DNA of 32,000 nucleotides from Chlamydiota bacterium (GTDB lineage Bacteria; Auribacterota; JACPWU01): NCBI GenBank assembly GCA_016196885.1, contig JACPWU010000026.1, positions 1 to 32,000 of the forward strand, read 5' to 3'. Shown piece by piece: positions 31,400 to 32,000 of this stretch (position 1 is its first letter; each line of letters starts with the position of its first letter). The notes under the pieces were generated by a model. It saw only the letters and a program-made list of their open reading frames with translations, ran no database searches and was not told where the DNA came from. The position numbers and the translations under genes were made by a program.

Positions 31400-31610
31400 A
31401 AGTGCTGCGGTAGTGGGTCCTGTCCCTCCTCACCCAGCAAAGGAGGCCCGCTGCCTGTGGAAGAAAAAGGGCCGACTGCGGTAGTAGATGTTTTCTTACC
31501 TTATACTGAGACGGCATCGGTCTCGTCAATATTTTAGTCTAGGTGCATGGAGTAATGTCTCGACCTGCTGGCGCTCGATGGGGGACCCCCAGTCGGGCCA
31601 CCCACTATTT
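31400..31610 (+). ncRNA. Candidate structured RNA or leader, family not identified
   Basis: ORF-free spacer with GC-rich flanks (40/60 G+C in 31401-31460). Long-range complementarity: TAGTGGGT 31411-31418 with ACCCACTA 31600-31607; GGCCGACT 31470-31477 with AGTCGGGCC 31591-31599. Local hairpins: CCTCCT/AGGAGG and GAGAC/GTCTC. It ends in a T run. Strand and extent are uncertain. Confidence 0.25.
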
Positions 31611-31635
31611 TGAAATATAAGCATAAGGAATTTTT

Positions 31636-32000
31636 ATGATGAAACTCGAAAAAGATATGTCCCTTTCCGATCTGGCTCGTGATTTTTCAACGCGGCTTTA
31701 TTTTCCTAAGGATGCAAACTGGGAGGAATTAAGTGAATTTCTTTCTGGCCAGATTTTTCAAAGGGCTCAAGGACTTCACGCGCAGGGGATGAAGGAGGAT
31801 CGTTTTGGCTATAAGAGTCGCATCAGTGGGATTTTTGGCGATGCCTCGGCCAAGGATCGTAAGGCAATTGATGAGTATTTGTGCTCTCAGGAGGAAAGGG
31901 GAGCCCGTGTCATGATTCACGCAGGGATTGGGGGGCAGGCCTTGGGCAGTCGCGCCCAGATTGAGTCTGTGGGGGTTCGCGAGGGGTATCGGGTGTACGT
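31636..32000 (+). CDS. 5' part of a SIS-domain sugar isomerase, probably glucose-6-phosphate isomerase-like (runs off the window)
   Basis: Open frame from ATG 31636 to the window end. VMIHAGIGGQALGSRA, about 100 aa from the start, resembles the GIGGSxLG motif of Pgi. Confidence 0.45.
   Translation, partial: MMKLEKDMSLSDLARDFSTRLYFPKDANWEELSEFLSGQIFQRAQGLHAQGMKEDRFGYKSRISGIFGDASAKDRKAIDEYLCSQEERGARVMIHAGIGGQALGSRAQIESVGVREGYRVY

Noticed and set aside
31400-31610. Assigning the GC-rich spacer to 6S RNA, SRP RNA, RNase P RNA, tmRNA, or a cobalamin or TPP riboswitch
   Set aside because: I could not find the defining cores: GGAAGCAGC-type SRP helix 8, GAGGAAAGTCC of RNase P, the tRNA-like end of tmRNA, the B12 box, or CTGAGA plus ACCTGATCTGGATAATGCCAGCG of TPP. 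The predicted pairing is only partly 6S-like. I kept it as an unclassified candidate.

Overview
32 kb of a moderately AT-rich diderm bacterial chromosome (lineage not identifiable from sequence alone). Every protein gene I accept is on the + strand.

Positions 1-9.5 kb are accessory DNA. They hold the tail of an integrated element: a frameshifted and deleted primase-helicase gene, GTGGAACA iterons, and an intact 557-aa tyrosine integrase. A co-oriented polymorphic-toxin locus follows. It comprises a 1288-aa glycine-zipper/YD-like protein with a zinc-phospholipase-C-like C-terminal domain, a membrane immunity candidate, and two orphan Rhs/YD-type C-terminal toxin cassettes, each with its own small immunity-type gene. 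No Rhs shell gene is present.

Positions 9.8-31.4 kb are housekeeping, in this order: LysM lipoprotein; phoH-ybeY-dgkA/PAP2-DUF502-recO-glyQ-glyS-ppdK-sigma70-apt; tRNA-Arg(CCU, minus strand); TPR membrane protein; porin-like OMP; tRNA-Gln(CUG); tRNA-Glu(CUC); ppc; an operon behind a perfect consensus promoter encoding a 1039-aa TraB/GumN/TIKI-like protein and a TPR protein; an ORF-free spacer with GC-rich flanks; and the 5' end of a Pgi-like gene.

The most unusual signal is non-coding. Almost every spacer carries an inverted repeat whose arms are tandem 7-nt units (about 4 constant plus 3 variable nt), with a different unit at each locus. Two multi-copy families stand out: TCGTGAG, and NNNAGGG, which is also a textbook G-quadruplex motif flanking the tRNAs. 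Separately, a T-shaped (A-B-B'-C-C'-A') palindrome with a conserved 52-nt tail splits glyQ from glyS and recurs upstream of the LysM gene.
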